Positions 50,886 to 60,500 of a stretch of DNA of 64,000 nt are shown piece by piece (the stretch's first letter is position 1; every line of letters starts with the position of its first letter). The position numbers and the translations under genes were made by a program. Source of the stretch: Calditrichales bacterium. GTDB taxonomy: Bacteria; Calditrichota; Calditrichia; Calditrichales; J004. Under the pieces are notes generated by a model. The model ran no database searches, was not told where the DNA came from, and saw only the letters and a program-made list of their open reading frames with translations. The stretch is from contig OZ254086.1 of assembly GCA_965267575.1 (NCBI GenBank), positions 2,912,001 through 2,976,000 on the forward strand. Direction: 5' to 3'.

Positions 50886-51660
50886 ATTTTCGATCGTTTT
50901 ACTGGCCTTGAGCCTGCCCGTGCTTTCCACTGCTCAAAGTGTGCGCAGCCAGGTGGCCAAAGGCAACGAATACTATAATGAAGGTTTGTACGACCAGGCG
51001 TTGGGTCAATACGCCCAGGCCGAGCCGGAAAATGAGTTTAACGAGCGCGTGGTTTTTAACAAGGGAGACGCGCTTTATAAAATGGAACGCTACGACGAGG
51101 CGCTGGAAGAATACAAAAAGGTCGTTGGCAGCAATGATAAGGATATCGCGTCACAGGCTCATTATAATCTTGGCAATACCTATTTCCAGCAGCAGAAATA
51201 CCAGGAAAGCGTTGATGCCTACAAGCAGGCGCTTGACCTGAATCCTGATGACCGCCAGGCCAAACATAACCTGGAGCTGGCCAAACAGATGTTACAGCAG
51301 CAACAGCAGAACCAGCAACAGCAAAGTCAGGACCAGAAAGACCAGCAGCAAAACCAAGACCAGCAACAGCAACAACAAGATCAACAGGACCAAAAAGACC
51401 AACAAGATCAGCAGCAGAAGCAGGATCAACAACAACAACAGCAGGATCAGCAGCAGCAAGAGCAACAAAAACAACAGCAGCAACAATCGCAAGAACAAAA
51501 AGAAGAACAGCAACAACAACAGGCCCAGCCCAAACCCAACCAGATAAGCAAGGAAGAGGCCGAACGCATTCTCAACGCGCTGGCAAGGGAAGAGCTGGAG
51601 GCCCAGAAAAACAAGCCTCCCGTTCGCGCCGAACGCGTTCGGGTTTTAAAAGACTGGTAA
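50869..51660 (+). CDS. batC: TPR protein BatC with poly-Q linker
   Basis: TPRs (AHYNLGNTYF..ALDLNPDD..KHNLELA), Q-rich tract, EAERILNAL...KDW. Confidence 0.9.
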   Translation: MSRKVKFSIVLLALSLPVLSTAQSVRSQVAKGNEYYNEGLYDQALGQYAQAEPENEFNERVVFNKGDALYKMERYDEALEEYKKVVGSNDKDIASQAHYNLGNTYFQQQKYQESVDAYKQALDLNPDDRQAKHNLELAKQMLQQQQQNQQQQSQDQKDQQQNQDQQQQQQDQQDQKDQQDQQQKQDQQQQQQDQQQQEQQKQQQQQSQEQKEEQQQQQAQPKPNQISKEEAERILNALAREELEAQKNKPPVRAERVRVLKDW

Positions 51661-51664
51661 ACAT

Positions 51665-53464
51665 GTGCCAATGAGATTTTTACTTATTTTAGCGCTGGTA
51701 ACGATTGCGAGTGCACAGGATTACAAAGTCCGCGCCTTTCTCTCGCAAAAAAATGTTACCACCGAAACCACCTTTCAATATACGGTGGAGATAGAAGGCA
51801 GCAGCACGTCATCTCCGGATGTGGACTACCCGGATTTTAATGATTTCTTTGTGCTGGGCGGGCCAAATTCCTCCACAAGCATCCAGTACGTCAACGGCAA
51901 AATGAGCAGTAAGCGCAGTTTTTCCTACTACCTCAAAGCCCGCAGCGAAGGTGAATTTACGATCGGCCCGGCCCGTGTACAGGTTGGCGGAGATGTTGTT
52001 GAAACGGATCCTGTGACGGTTAAAGTATCGGCGGGCGCCACACGAACACCACAACAGGACCAGCCTAAACAAACCAGCGATCCTGATATTGCCGGGGAAA
52101 GCCTCTTCCTGAAAACGGAAGTTTCCAAGCGCAGACCGTATGTGGGCGAAGAGGTGGTGGTGACCTATAAGCTTTACTTTAAGCTCAATGTACGCAGCTA
52201 CGAGTTCGATAAGATGCCCGCCAATACCGGCTTCTGGACGGAAATGTTTGATATGCCCAAACGTCCAGCGGTAGATACCGAAATCGTAAATGGCGTCAAC
52301 TACAGTGTGGCGACACTACGCAAAGTGGCGCTTTTCCCAACACGCTCCGGCGAGATCCGTATCGATCCGCTGGTGGTTAACCTGGATGTGCACATCCCTG
52401 ATCAGCGTGACACGCGTCGCAGCCTGTTTGACAGCTTTTTTGATGTACCGCGTGGCCGCAACGTACGCAAGCAGATCGAGAGCAAACCGATCACTTTGAA
52501 CGTTAAGCAGCTGCCGCAGGAAAACAGGCCGGCGGATTTCTCCGGCGCCGTGGGCCGCTTTAAATTTGATGTGGATGTGGACAATCCGCAAAACAAGGTG
52601 AACGAAGCAATCACCCTGCGCATGGACCTGACGGGCACCGGCAACATCAAGCTGGCGGAGTTGCCTGCGTTGGATCTGCCTGCGGATATCGAGCAATACG
52701 ATCCGAAAATAAACACACAGGTTGATAACGGCGGCGAGCATATTTCCGGTAGTAAAAGCGCCGAATACCTGCTTATACCTCGTCTGGCCGGCCAATATGA
52801 AATCGATGGTCTCGACTTTGTCTATTTTGATCCGCGGCGCGAGGAGTATGTGCGCGAAGCCATTCCCGATATTATTCTGAACATAACCGGTGACGCATCG
52901 CAGGAAGCGGGTGGCCCGGCTGCCGTGGCACGTCGCGAGGTGGAGTTACTGGGTACGGACATCCGTTTTATCAAAGAGAGTGGCGATCTGCAGCCGGTAG
53001 GGCGTGACGAAAATTTGGGCTGGCCTTTCTGGCTCTCCATGACGCTGGGGCTGGTCGCTTTTGGCGCTTTCCTCGTTTACGATGAGCACCGCGCGCGCAT
53101 TGCGGCGGACAGCACGCTGGCACGCAGCCGTTATGCTTCCAAGGTGGCTTCCCGTTTTCTGGCCGAAGCGGCAAGCCTGGAGAAGAACGGTGCCCAGGCC
53201 GATTTTTATAAGGCCGTAAGCAGCGCCCTGCAGCGGTTTGTGCTGGATAAGCTGAATATTGACCTGAGCGATTTTTCGGCGCAAATGGCGCGGGAAAAGC
53301 TAAAGCAAAAAAATATCCCGGCGGAATTGATTGATGAATACATTACGGTGCTTTCGACCTGCGATATGCGCCAGTTTGCCGGAATCGGCGAGGATGGCGC
53401 GGAACGCCGCGACGTGCTGGAGCAGGCCCGTAAACTGATCACCCAAATGGATAAAAAAATATAA
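51665..53464 (+). CDS. batD: BatD protein
   Basis: STSIQYVNG, PYVGE, FSGAVGRF, GTGNIKL, DIRFIK. Confidence 0.9.
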   Translation: MPMRFLLILALVTIASAQDYKVRAFLSQKNVTTETTFQYTVEIEGSSTSSPDVDYPDFNDFFVLGGPNSSTSIQYVNGKMSSKRSFSYYLKARSEGEFTIGPARVQVGGDVVETDPVTVKVSAGATRTPQQDQPKQTSDPDIAGESLFLKTEVSKRRPYVGEEVVVTYKLYFKLNVRSYEFDKMPANTGFWTEMFDMPKRPAVDTEIVNGVNYSVATLRKVALFPTRSGEIRIDPLVVNLDVHIPDQRDTRRSLFDSFFDVPRGRNVRKQIESKPITLNVKQLPQENRPADFSGAVGRFKFDVDVDNPQNKVNEAITLRMDLTGTGNIKLAELPALDLPADIEQYDPKINTQVDNGGEHISGSKSAEYLLIPRLAGQYEIDGLDFVYFDPRREEYVREAIPDIILNITGDASQEAGGPAAVARREVELLGTDIRFIKESGDLQPVGRDENLGWPFWLSMTLGLVAFGAFLVYDEHRARIAADSTLARSRYASKVASRFLAEAASLEKNGAQADFYKAVSSALQRFVLDKLNIDLSDFSAQMAREKLKQKNIPAELIDEYITVLSTCDMRQFAGIGEDGAERRDVLEQARKLITQMDKKI

Positions 53465-54234
53465 TGCGGTTTTTTCTGAAAATGGCGCTATCACTGGTTT
53501 TTCTCGCCCAAGGCCTCGTTGCATCGCAGCAGCCTGTGGAGTCCGTGGAAAGCCTGTTTGAGCAGGGTAACACAGCCTACCGCGGCAATGAATACGATCG
53601 GGCGATTGAGCTTTACAAGGATGTGCTGGAGCTCGGTTACGAGAGCGGGCCGTTATACTACAATCTTGGCAATGCCTTTTACAAACAGGGCCGTTTGGGC
53701 GAGGCGCGTCTGTTTTACGAAAAAGCGCGTCTGCACATGCCCGCGGATGAGGCGCTGCTCTACAACCTGGAGCTGCTGGAGCGCCGTCTTGTGGACCAGA
53801 TCGAACCCGCGCCGCGTTTTTTTCTGGCCGAATGGTGGGACGCGTTTATCGGCTGGCTGCCGTTTACTATGTTAAAAACCCTGGTTACGTTGTTCTTTAT
53901 AATTTTCCTGATCGTCTTCGCGCTGTATATTCACAGACGTCGCCGTGGTCGCGGTGGCTGGCGCAGGACGATGCTTGCCGGTGCCTTTATCTGGCTGGCC
54001 GCGGTTGTTCTGCTTGTCAATAAAGCGTACTTTATGCAGAGTGAAACCGGCGGTGTCATCATGGATCCCAAAGCCACGGCTTACGCTGGACCTGCGGAAA
54101 ACAGCACCGAGCTATTTGTGCTTCATGAAGGTACCCGTATTCAGGTGTTACGCCAGGCCAATGACTGGCTGGAAGTGAAACTGGCCGATGGCAAAACAGG
54201 CTGGATCCGCGCCGACAATATTGAATTTATCTAA
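53464..54234 (+). CDS. batE: BatE (TPR + SH3)
   Basis: LYYNLGNAFYK, two TM helices, LFVLHEGT...GKTGWI. Confidence 0.9.
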   Translation: MRFFLKMALSLVFLAQGLVASQQPVESVESLFEQGNTAYRGNEYDRAIELYKDVLELGYESGPLYYNLGNAFYKQGRLGEARLFYEKARLHMPADEALLYNLELLERRLVDQIEPAPRFFLAEWWDAFIGWLPFTMLKTLVTLFFIIFLIVFALYIHRRRRGRGGWRRTMLAGAFIWLAAVVLLVNKAYFMQSETGGVIMDPKATAYAGPAENSTELFVLHEGTRIQVLRQANDWLEVKLADGKTGWIRADNIEFI

Positions 54235-54247
54235 ATGGATTTTAACC

Positions 54248-54739
54248 ATGCGCATACTGCTTATTCTCATACTATCCTTAAGTATTTTGTCCTGCGCCAG
54301 CTCGCGCAAAACAACCGACGAAACCGAAGCACAGCCTGAAGGATCCAGCTATGACGAATCCTTTGATCCGCTGACGCTCAAGGATGACGATATTGAGATC
54401 AAGGGTCCGGAAGTACGCGAAGACAAGACCGAATCCAAAACACCGGAAAAGGATACGCTGGAGCCGATGATGCGCGAAGCACAGGGTTTCCGCGTGCAGA
54501 TCTTGGCCACCAAAAATATTGAAACGGCGACCCGCATCGAGCAGGAGGCCAAGGGCGTCTTCAGCATGCACGATCATAAAACCTACCTTGTGTTCGAACC
54601 GCCGCTTTACAAAGTGCGCATTGGTGATGTGACCGACCGCCAGGAAGCTGAGAATATCCGCGAAATGGCCCGCGAGTTTGGCTACCGTGAGGCCTTTGTT
54701 GTGCGCACCAAAGTCAACGTAGCGGAGCGCCAACCCTGA
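54248..54739 (+). CDS. SPOR-domain lipoprotein
   Basis: Lipobox SILSC; GFRVQI...PPLYKVRIGD...AFVV. Confidence 0.85.
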   Translation: MRILLILILSLSILSCASSRKTTDETEAQPEGSSYDESFDPLTLKDDDIEIKGPEVREDKTESKTPEKDTLEPMMREAQGFRVQILATKNIETATRIEQEAKGVFSMHDHKTYLVFEPPLYKVRIGDVTDRQEAENIREMAREFGYREAFVVRTKVNVAERQP

Positions 54740-54744
54740 CCCGC

Positions 54745-54996
54745 ATGGATTCCCAGGACAAAAAATATACGCCCATCGACTGCACTTTTCATGACCGCTT
54801 GCTGGACTGGGCAACGATCGGCCGTGTTTGCAGCGTGGAATACAAGACAGCCGGGGGCGAGTTAAAGCAGGCCAATGGCATCATTAAAGATGTTTTCGCA
54901 CGCGCCGGCGCGGAATACCTGTTGCTGGATTCCGGTCTCGAAATCCGCTTAGATGACCTGCACTCAGTTAACGGCATCCGCCTGCCCGGCTCCTGA
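54745..54996 (+). CDS. rof: Rof-like Rho-binding antiterminator
   Basis: YTPIDC.FHD.L...EYLLL..GLEIRLD resembles YaeO/Rof (YQPINC...EYL...RLD). Confidence 0.7.
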   Translation: MDSQDKKYTPIDCTFHDRLLDWATIGRVCSVEYKTAGGELKQANGIIKDVFARAGAEYLLLDSGLEIRLDDLHSVNGIRLPGS

Positions 54997-55022
54997 CTCA
55001 GTTAACAATATTCGGAACCTCC

Positions 55023-55796
55023 ATGGATTATATCATCATTGCGCTGACCGCTCTAGTAGCCTCCGGCTTAACGCTCTTTTCCGGTTTTGGCCTGGGAACG
55101 ATCCTTCTGCCGGCGTTTGCTCTCTTTTTTCCTGTTGATACCGCCGTTGTTCTCACGGCTATCGTGCATTTGCTAAATAATCTTTTCAAACTTTACCTGG
55201 TGGGCGGCCACGCCAGCAAAGATGTGGTGCTGAAATTTGGAAGCGGCGCTTTTCTGGCCGCGTTGTTGGGCGCCTGGCTGTTACTGCGCTTTTCCGAAAT
55301 GGAGCCGGTGTTCAGTTACACTTTTAATGAATCCGTTTACGCCGTTACGCCGCTTAAGCTGGTCATTGCCGTTTTGATGGTTGTTTTCGCGCTGATGGAA
55401 ATTGTACCGGCTTTAAGCAAAATCAGCCTGGCCAAAAAATGGTTGCCCATCGGCGGCGTGTTAAGCGGGTTTTTTGGCGGATTGTCCGGACACCAGGGCG
55501 CGCTACGCAGTGCTTTCCTTATCAAGTATGGCTTAAGCAAGGAAGCCTTTATCGGCACAGGCGTTGTGATCGCGACTATCATTGACGTGTCACGCCTGTT
55601 TATTTACAGCAGCCGTTTTGATTTGACTATCGCCCAGGCCAACGCCGGTATTTTGATTACTGCCATCGTAGCCGCTTTTGCTGGTGCATTTATCGGCGCG
55701 CGCCTGATGAAAAAAATTACCATGAAAGGCGTGCAGTACACCGTGGGTATTATGTTGATTTTGATTGCCGCAGGGCTGGGCGCGGGGATTATTTAG
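55023..55796 (+). CDS. Sulfite exporter TauE/SafE (TSUP) family protein
   Basis: SGFGLGTILLP, GVLSGFFGGLSGHQG; about eight TM helices. Confidence 0.85.
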   Translation: MDYIIIALTALVASGLTLFSGFGLGTILLPAFALFFPVDTAVVLTAIVHLLNNLFKLYLVGGHASKDVVLKFGSGAFLAALLGAWLLLRFSEMEPVFSYTFNESVYAVTPLKLVIAVLMVVFALMEIVPALSKISLAKKWLPIGGVLSGFFGGLSGHQGALRSAFLIKYGLSKEAFIGTGVVIATIIDVSRLFIYSSRFDLTIAQANAGILITAIVAAFAGAFIGARLMKKITMKGVQYTVGIMLILIAAGLGAGII

Positions 55797-55837
55797 CAGG
55801 AATTAAAAAAGTCCGGTTGAGTGAAGCAAAAACGTTT

Positions 55838-55862
55838 AAGGCGCCTGTTGAGGCGCCTTTTA
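55838..55862. terminator. Terminator between convergent genes
   Basis: AAGGCGCCT-gttg-AGGCGCCTTTT. Confidence 0.75.
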
Positions 55863-56279
55863 TTATGTTTCGGACGGTTTTGACGTGGAAGTGACCATGG
55901 TCCCGCCCAGGTAAGCTGAAGGCATATAAACAAGTACATCCAGTATGCTGAACCAAAGCGGGTGCGGTATTATGACCAAGTTGACGATACCCGCAATCAT
56001 AACCAGGGCTCCTACGATAAGTGCGTGTTGAACAGGCTTTACCCGGGCGACGAGAGCCGCCAGCCAGCCGCCGCCAAAGCTGCCCAACGCATGGGCTAAA
56101 AGCACAACAACCAGGGACCCCGCGGGGATCTGTTCCGCATACTGCCGGATGCTTTCCGGGTTTTTAGGGTTTAACCCGGCAGGCATTGTAAACAAGAGCG
56201 GCGAGAGCGCTTCGACCAGGGCAACAATCAGAAAGCCAGCAAACAGACCCGCTATGACAGCCAAAATACGTCGTCCCAT
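55863..56279 (-). CDS. Hypothetical four-TM membrane protein
   Basis: GGGAG RBS; hydrophobic helices; IPHPLWF motif. Confidence 0.75.
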   Translation of the reverse strand: MGRRILAVIAGLFAGFLIVALVEALSPLLFTMPAGLNPKNPESIRQYAEQIPAGSLVVVLLAHALGSFGGGWLAALVARVKPVQHALIVGALVMIAGIVNLVIIPHPLWFSILDVLVYMPSAYLGGTMVTSTSKPSET

Positions 56280-56301
56280 GATTTCTCCCTTAAAGCTGAA
56301 T

Positions 56302-57384
56302 TTAGTCCTGCTTGTTTAAGGCCGAATGAATCATCATAAACTCGCCGACATTTTCCATTGTCAGCAACCCGCTCAGTTTGCCGTTCTCCATAACCGGCAT
56401 GGTGTGGCACTTGCAACGCTGCAACCGCATAAAGGCTTTTTCCAGTTCCTCATCCGGCGAAGCTTGTTCAATCTCCGTATCCATAACCATACGAACGGGA
56501 TGATCCTGTCCCTTTTCTTTTAGAGCTTCCATCAGGCTGGAGCGCGTTAAGATGCCCGCCACTTTTTCGCCTTCCATAACCGGAAAATCGTGCTGCGAGC
56601 CGCTCAGTATTTTATCGACGGCCACTTTTAGGGAATCATCGCTGTTAAGAATTTCAAAGTCGGTGACCATCGCTTTTCTTACAGGCTGGTCGTGCAGCAG
56701 AAAGCGCGCTTCCGTACTTTGCGCTTCCTGGCTGGCGCCAATCCAGACAAACAGTGCGATAAAAATCAGAAAAGGGTTGGTGAAAAAGCCCAAAAAGCCG
56801 AACAGCAAGGCAAAGCCCTGGCCCAGCATGGCTGAGATATTGGTAGCCTTGACATAATTGATCTTCATGGCCAGCAGCGAGCGCAGTATGCGTCCGCCAT
56901 CCATCGGAAACGCCGGGATGATGTTAAATACTACAAGAAAAAGATTGACAATCATCAGCCGTATCCAAAACGAGCCACCTGTCATGGTGAGTTCATCGAG
57001 GGGCTGCCACGTTCCGGTTAGCTGAAGAATGCCGTATATGACTGCCGCTATAACGACATTTACGGCGGGACCTGCCACCGCCACCCAGAACTCCTGCTTC
57101 GGTTCATCAGGCATACGCTGCAAACGCGCCACGCCACCGATAGGGTACAGAGTGATGTTTTTTGTGGGGATGCCATATTTTTGGGCGGTAAGGGCGTGGC
57201 CGAACTCGTGTAAAACCACGCAGGCAAATATGGCCAGGACAAATATTACGCCATGGATAAAATCCATAAAACCACTGCCGCGCATGGCATATACAATGGC
57301 GATCCATACAATGATCAACAAAAAAGTGGCGTGTATGTAAACGCCGATGCCTCTAAATTGCCCGATTTTTAGTGACCACTTCAT
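56302..57384 (-). CDS. Site-2 protease (M50) with CBS pair
   Basis: LHEFGH, AGPAVN, FNIIPAFPMDGGR, two CBS domains. GGAGG RBS before ATG 57384. Confidence 0.93.
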   Translation of the reverse strand: MKWSLKIGQFRGIGVYIHATFLLIIVWIAIVYAMRGSGFMDFIHGVIFVLAIFACVVLHEFGHALTAQKYGIPTKNITLYPIGGVARLQRMPDEPKQEFWVAVAGPAVNVVIAAVIYGILQLTGTWQPLDELTMTGGSFWIRLMIVNLFLVVFNIIPAFPMDGGRILRSLLAMKINYVKATNISAMLGQGFALLFGFLGFFTNPFLIFIALFVWIGASQEAQSTEARFLLHDQPVRKAMVTDFEILNSDDSLKVAVDKILSGSQHDFPVMEGEKVAGILTRSSLMEALKEKGQDHPVRMVMDTEIEQASPDEELEKAFMRLQRCKCHTMPVMENGKLSGLLTMENVGEFMMIHSALNKQD

Positions 57385-57524
57385 AAGAGCCTCCGCTTGA
57401 ATCACAAAAATACGTTTAGCTTAAAGTAATATCAATCAAATAGAGCGACCGTAAAATGTCTAACGACGGGAGGATAAAAAAGCCATTTTTTTGAAAGTTT
57501 TCGGACTGTTGAATCGCGGATAAG

Positions 57525-57555
57525 AAAAGAGGCGCAGCGATTGTGCTGCACCTCT
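57525..57555 (-). terminator. Rho-independent terminator
   Basis: AAAAGAGGCGCAGC-gattgt-GCTGCACCTCT. Confidence 0.7.
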
Positions 57556-57569
57556 GCAAGGATTGCTGT

Positions 57570-60500
57570 TTACTTCATCAGCATCATTTTGCGGGCGGCG
57601 CTGAATCCCGGTGTAATCAGACGATAAACGTATAATCCACTGGACAACCCGTCGGCGCGGAACGCTACATCATGTTTTCCGGCGTCCATATTTCTATCCA
57701 GCAGTCTGGCAACTTCACGTCCGCTTATATCATAAACGATCAGCTTTACCGGACCGCTTTCCTTCAGCGCAAAACGGATGGTCGTGGACGGGTTAAAGGG
57801 ATTGGGATAATTCTGCGCCAGCTCATATTGCGCCGGAACAATGCTGTTAGCGTATTGCTCGCTGATATCGACCGTTACCGCCGGATGCGTGACACGCAAA
57901 CCGCTGTAGGAAACATCGGTGAGGCGGTAGCTGTAGCTGCTGCCAACACGAATTGCCATGTCCTCGTGGCGATAAGTATGTGCCTCTGAGGTTGTGCCAT
58001 TGCCGTCCAGCCTGGCGATCTCTTCAAAGCTCCCGCCGTTTTCGCTTTTCTCAATGATCCAGTAAGCGTTTTGCAGTTCCGATGCCGTTTCCCATTTCAG
58101 TTCAACGGCGAGACGCTCTTTCATAGGTTCAACACTAAAGGCAGATAATTGAACCGGCAGCGACGTATCATTGGTCTCTCCCGTTATTTCGAAATCATCG
58201 ATCATAAAGCCGTCCTGGTTGTAGCCGGATGTGTAGCCTTCCGCCATCATAAATACAAAACGGAAAGCCACAAAGCTGTTGCCGCCCAGAAAAGAGCAAT
58301 CATATGAAGTTATTTCATTGGAATAGTTGCCGGACCAGGCATAGCCATGTGGCGTGACATCGTGTTCCGTGGCCGAATTGGCGCCACGGTCATACCAGTT
58401 TGTACCGCTGATATCGTCGCCCAGAAGCGTCCATGTGTCTCCGTTATCGGTGCTGTATTCCATGTAAACGCCAAAGGGCGCGTTTGCTCCGGATGCTTCC
58501 ATGCTTTTGCGGAACTGCACGCCGTAACTGCCGGCGGCGCTGAAGTTGTAGCTGGGGCTATAAAGGACACTGGTGTAATTATCATCGGGGACATCTTCGG
58601 TCAGTCTGGTTTTCCAGCCGTTGCTGCCGGAATTGAGCGTGGTGAGGGCGTTGCCCGGTGTACCGCGCTCCCACACATCGATCAGACCGTTGGTCAGTGC
58701 CTCGGAGTCGAAATGAACGGGATTGCTTTCAAAGTCACCGCCGTCCGACGTTTGGTAGGGTGTCCCCAGGCTGGGCATCACGTGGATGTAGCTTGTTTCC
58801 GTTTCCGTATCCGCGCCGCCGTTTATGGTCAGCTCTACGGTGTAAAATCCGGGCAGATTGTAACTATGAAGCGGGTGCTGTTGTGTGGAAATATTGCCAT
58901 CGCCAAAATCCCAGGACCACGACGTGGCCTTGAGTGAGCCGTCCGTGAACTGAATATCCTGGCCCACATAAGCGATAAGCTTGTCCGCCGAAAAACCGGC
59001 CTGGGCGGTAGAGAAGACATCGGACGAATAGAGCCCGCGTCCGTGGGTAGCGGCAATAACCAGATCGTCTGATGAGCGCGTTTTAAGCATATCGGTGCGC
59101 ACGTGAGCCTGACCCGTGTTTGCCGGCACCCAGCGCGTTTCGGCGCCATCCAGGCGGTCGGTGGACCACACACCGAGATCCGTGGCGATCAACGCCTGCT
59201 CCGTATTGTTGGGGTCGAACAGGGCCCAGCGCACGGGCAGGTCCGGCAGGTCTCCTTCGCATGATGTCCATGTGCTGCCACCGTCTTTGGTTTCCCAGAC
59301 GTTGTCTACACCGTAATTGCTGAAGATGGCCAGCATATGGTTTTCATCATCAGGATCAATCTCAATGCAATTAACATAGGCAGAGGGTGTGCCGGCGGAG
59401 GCATTCAAAACCGTAAAGGTTGGCGTCGCGTTGGCGTTATCGGCACGGATGATCTTGCCGTTGTTGCTGCCAAAGAAGACTCGGTGAGCGGTATGCGGCG
59501 AAACGGTAACAGCCGAGACACGGCCACCTTCAAGCTCAGTGAACGCTACCTCGGTAAAAGTGCTGCCGCTTTGTGGGTTATCCCAACGCAAAAACTCGCT
59601 CGTATCGTGCGAAGCGTAAAAGACATTATTAATGTCGTCATAATCCGTTGGATTGATAAAATAGCCGGTATTGCCAAAATCAACGCTAGTGAAGCTGCTG
59701 CCGCCGTTAGTGGAACGATAGTAATTATTATATACATAACTTGTGAACTGATAGCTGGATTCATTCTGGTCTATATGTGTATAGGCGCCGTCACCGCCCG
59801 TGGCTTCCGTTGTGCTGTTCATACCGGCGGAAGTAAAACGTTGTGTGCCGTTATCCTGGGAGCCTGCCAGGAACTGGTTCACGCCGCTGCCGGGATTAAT
59901 TGCGCAGGCATAAAACTGCGTAACGTTGTATCCGTTGTTTCGCGCGGCAAAAGTGCCGCCGGCATCGCTGCTGTAATAGACGCCGCCATCGGTTCCAAAA
60001 ATTATTTCACTGCTGGAACCGGCCTTAAACTGGATTTGATGCTGATCGGCATGAACATAGTCGAAGAAAAAACCATTCCAATCGGATATCTGCGTCCAGT
60101 TTTGAGCGCCATCCGTGCTTTTAAATAGGTTGATGCCGCCGGCATACAAGGTCTGATCGTCATTCGGGTCGCTTTGTAAAATGAGGTCATACCAGCCCTG
60201 ACCCCGTGTGAAATCAGAACCCATGCTCGGATCCCAGTCATCCGGTAATGAACGCGTTGTCCAGGATGCAGCCTTATTTGTGGAGATGGACATGCGCACG
60301 GCGGAATTGTTTGCTTCGATTATCGCGTAAACAATATTGGCGTTGGATGGCGCAGTTGACAGTTCCACGCGCCCCACTCCCGTGATCGTTCCAAAGGCGA
60401 GCGAATCCACCGTCCATGAGCCGGAAAGGCCTGTGTCGGAAAAAAGAATACAGCCACCGCCTTCGCCCCAGTTGTTATCACGCGTGCCCAGGTAGATACG

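Noticed and set aside
51292..51671. Poly-Leu and poly-Cys ORFs
   Set aside because: Antisense reading of the BatC CAG/CAA tract.
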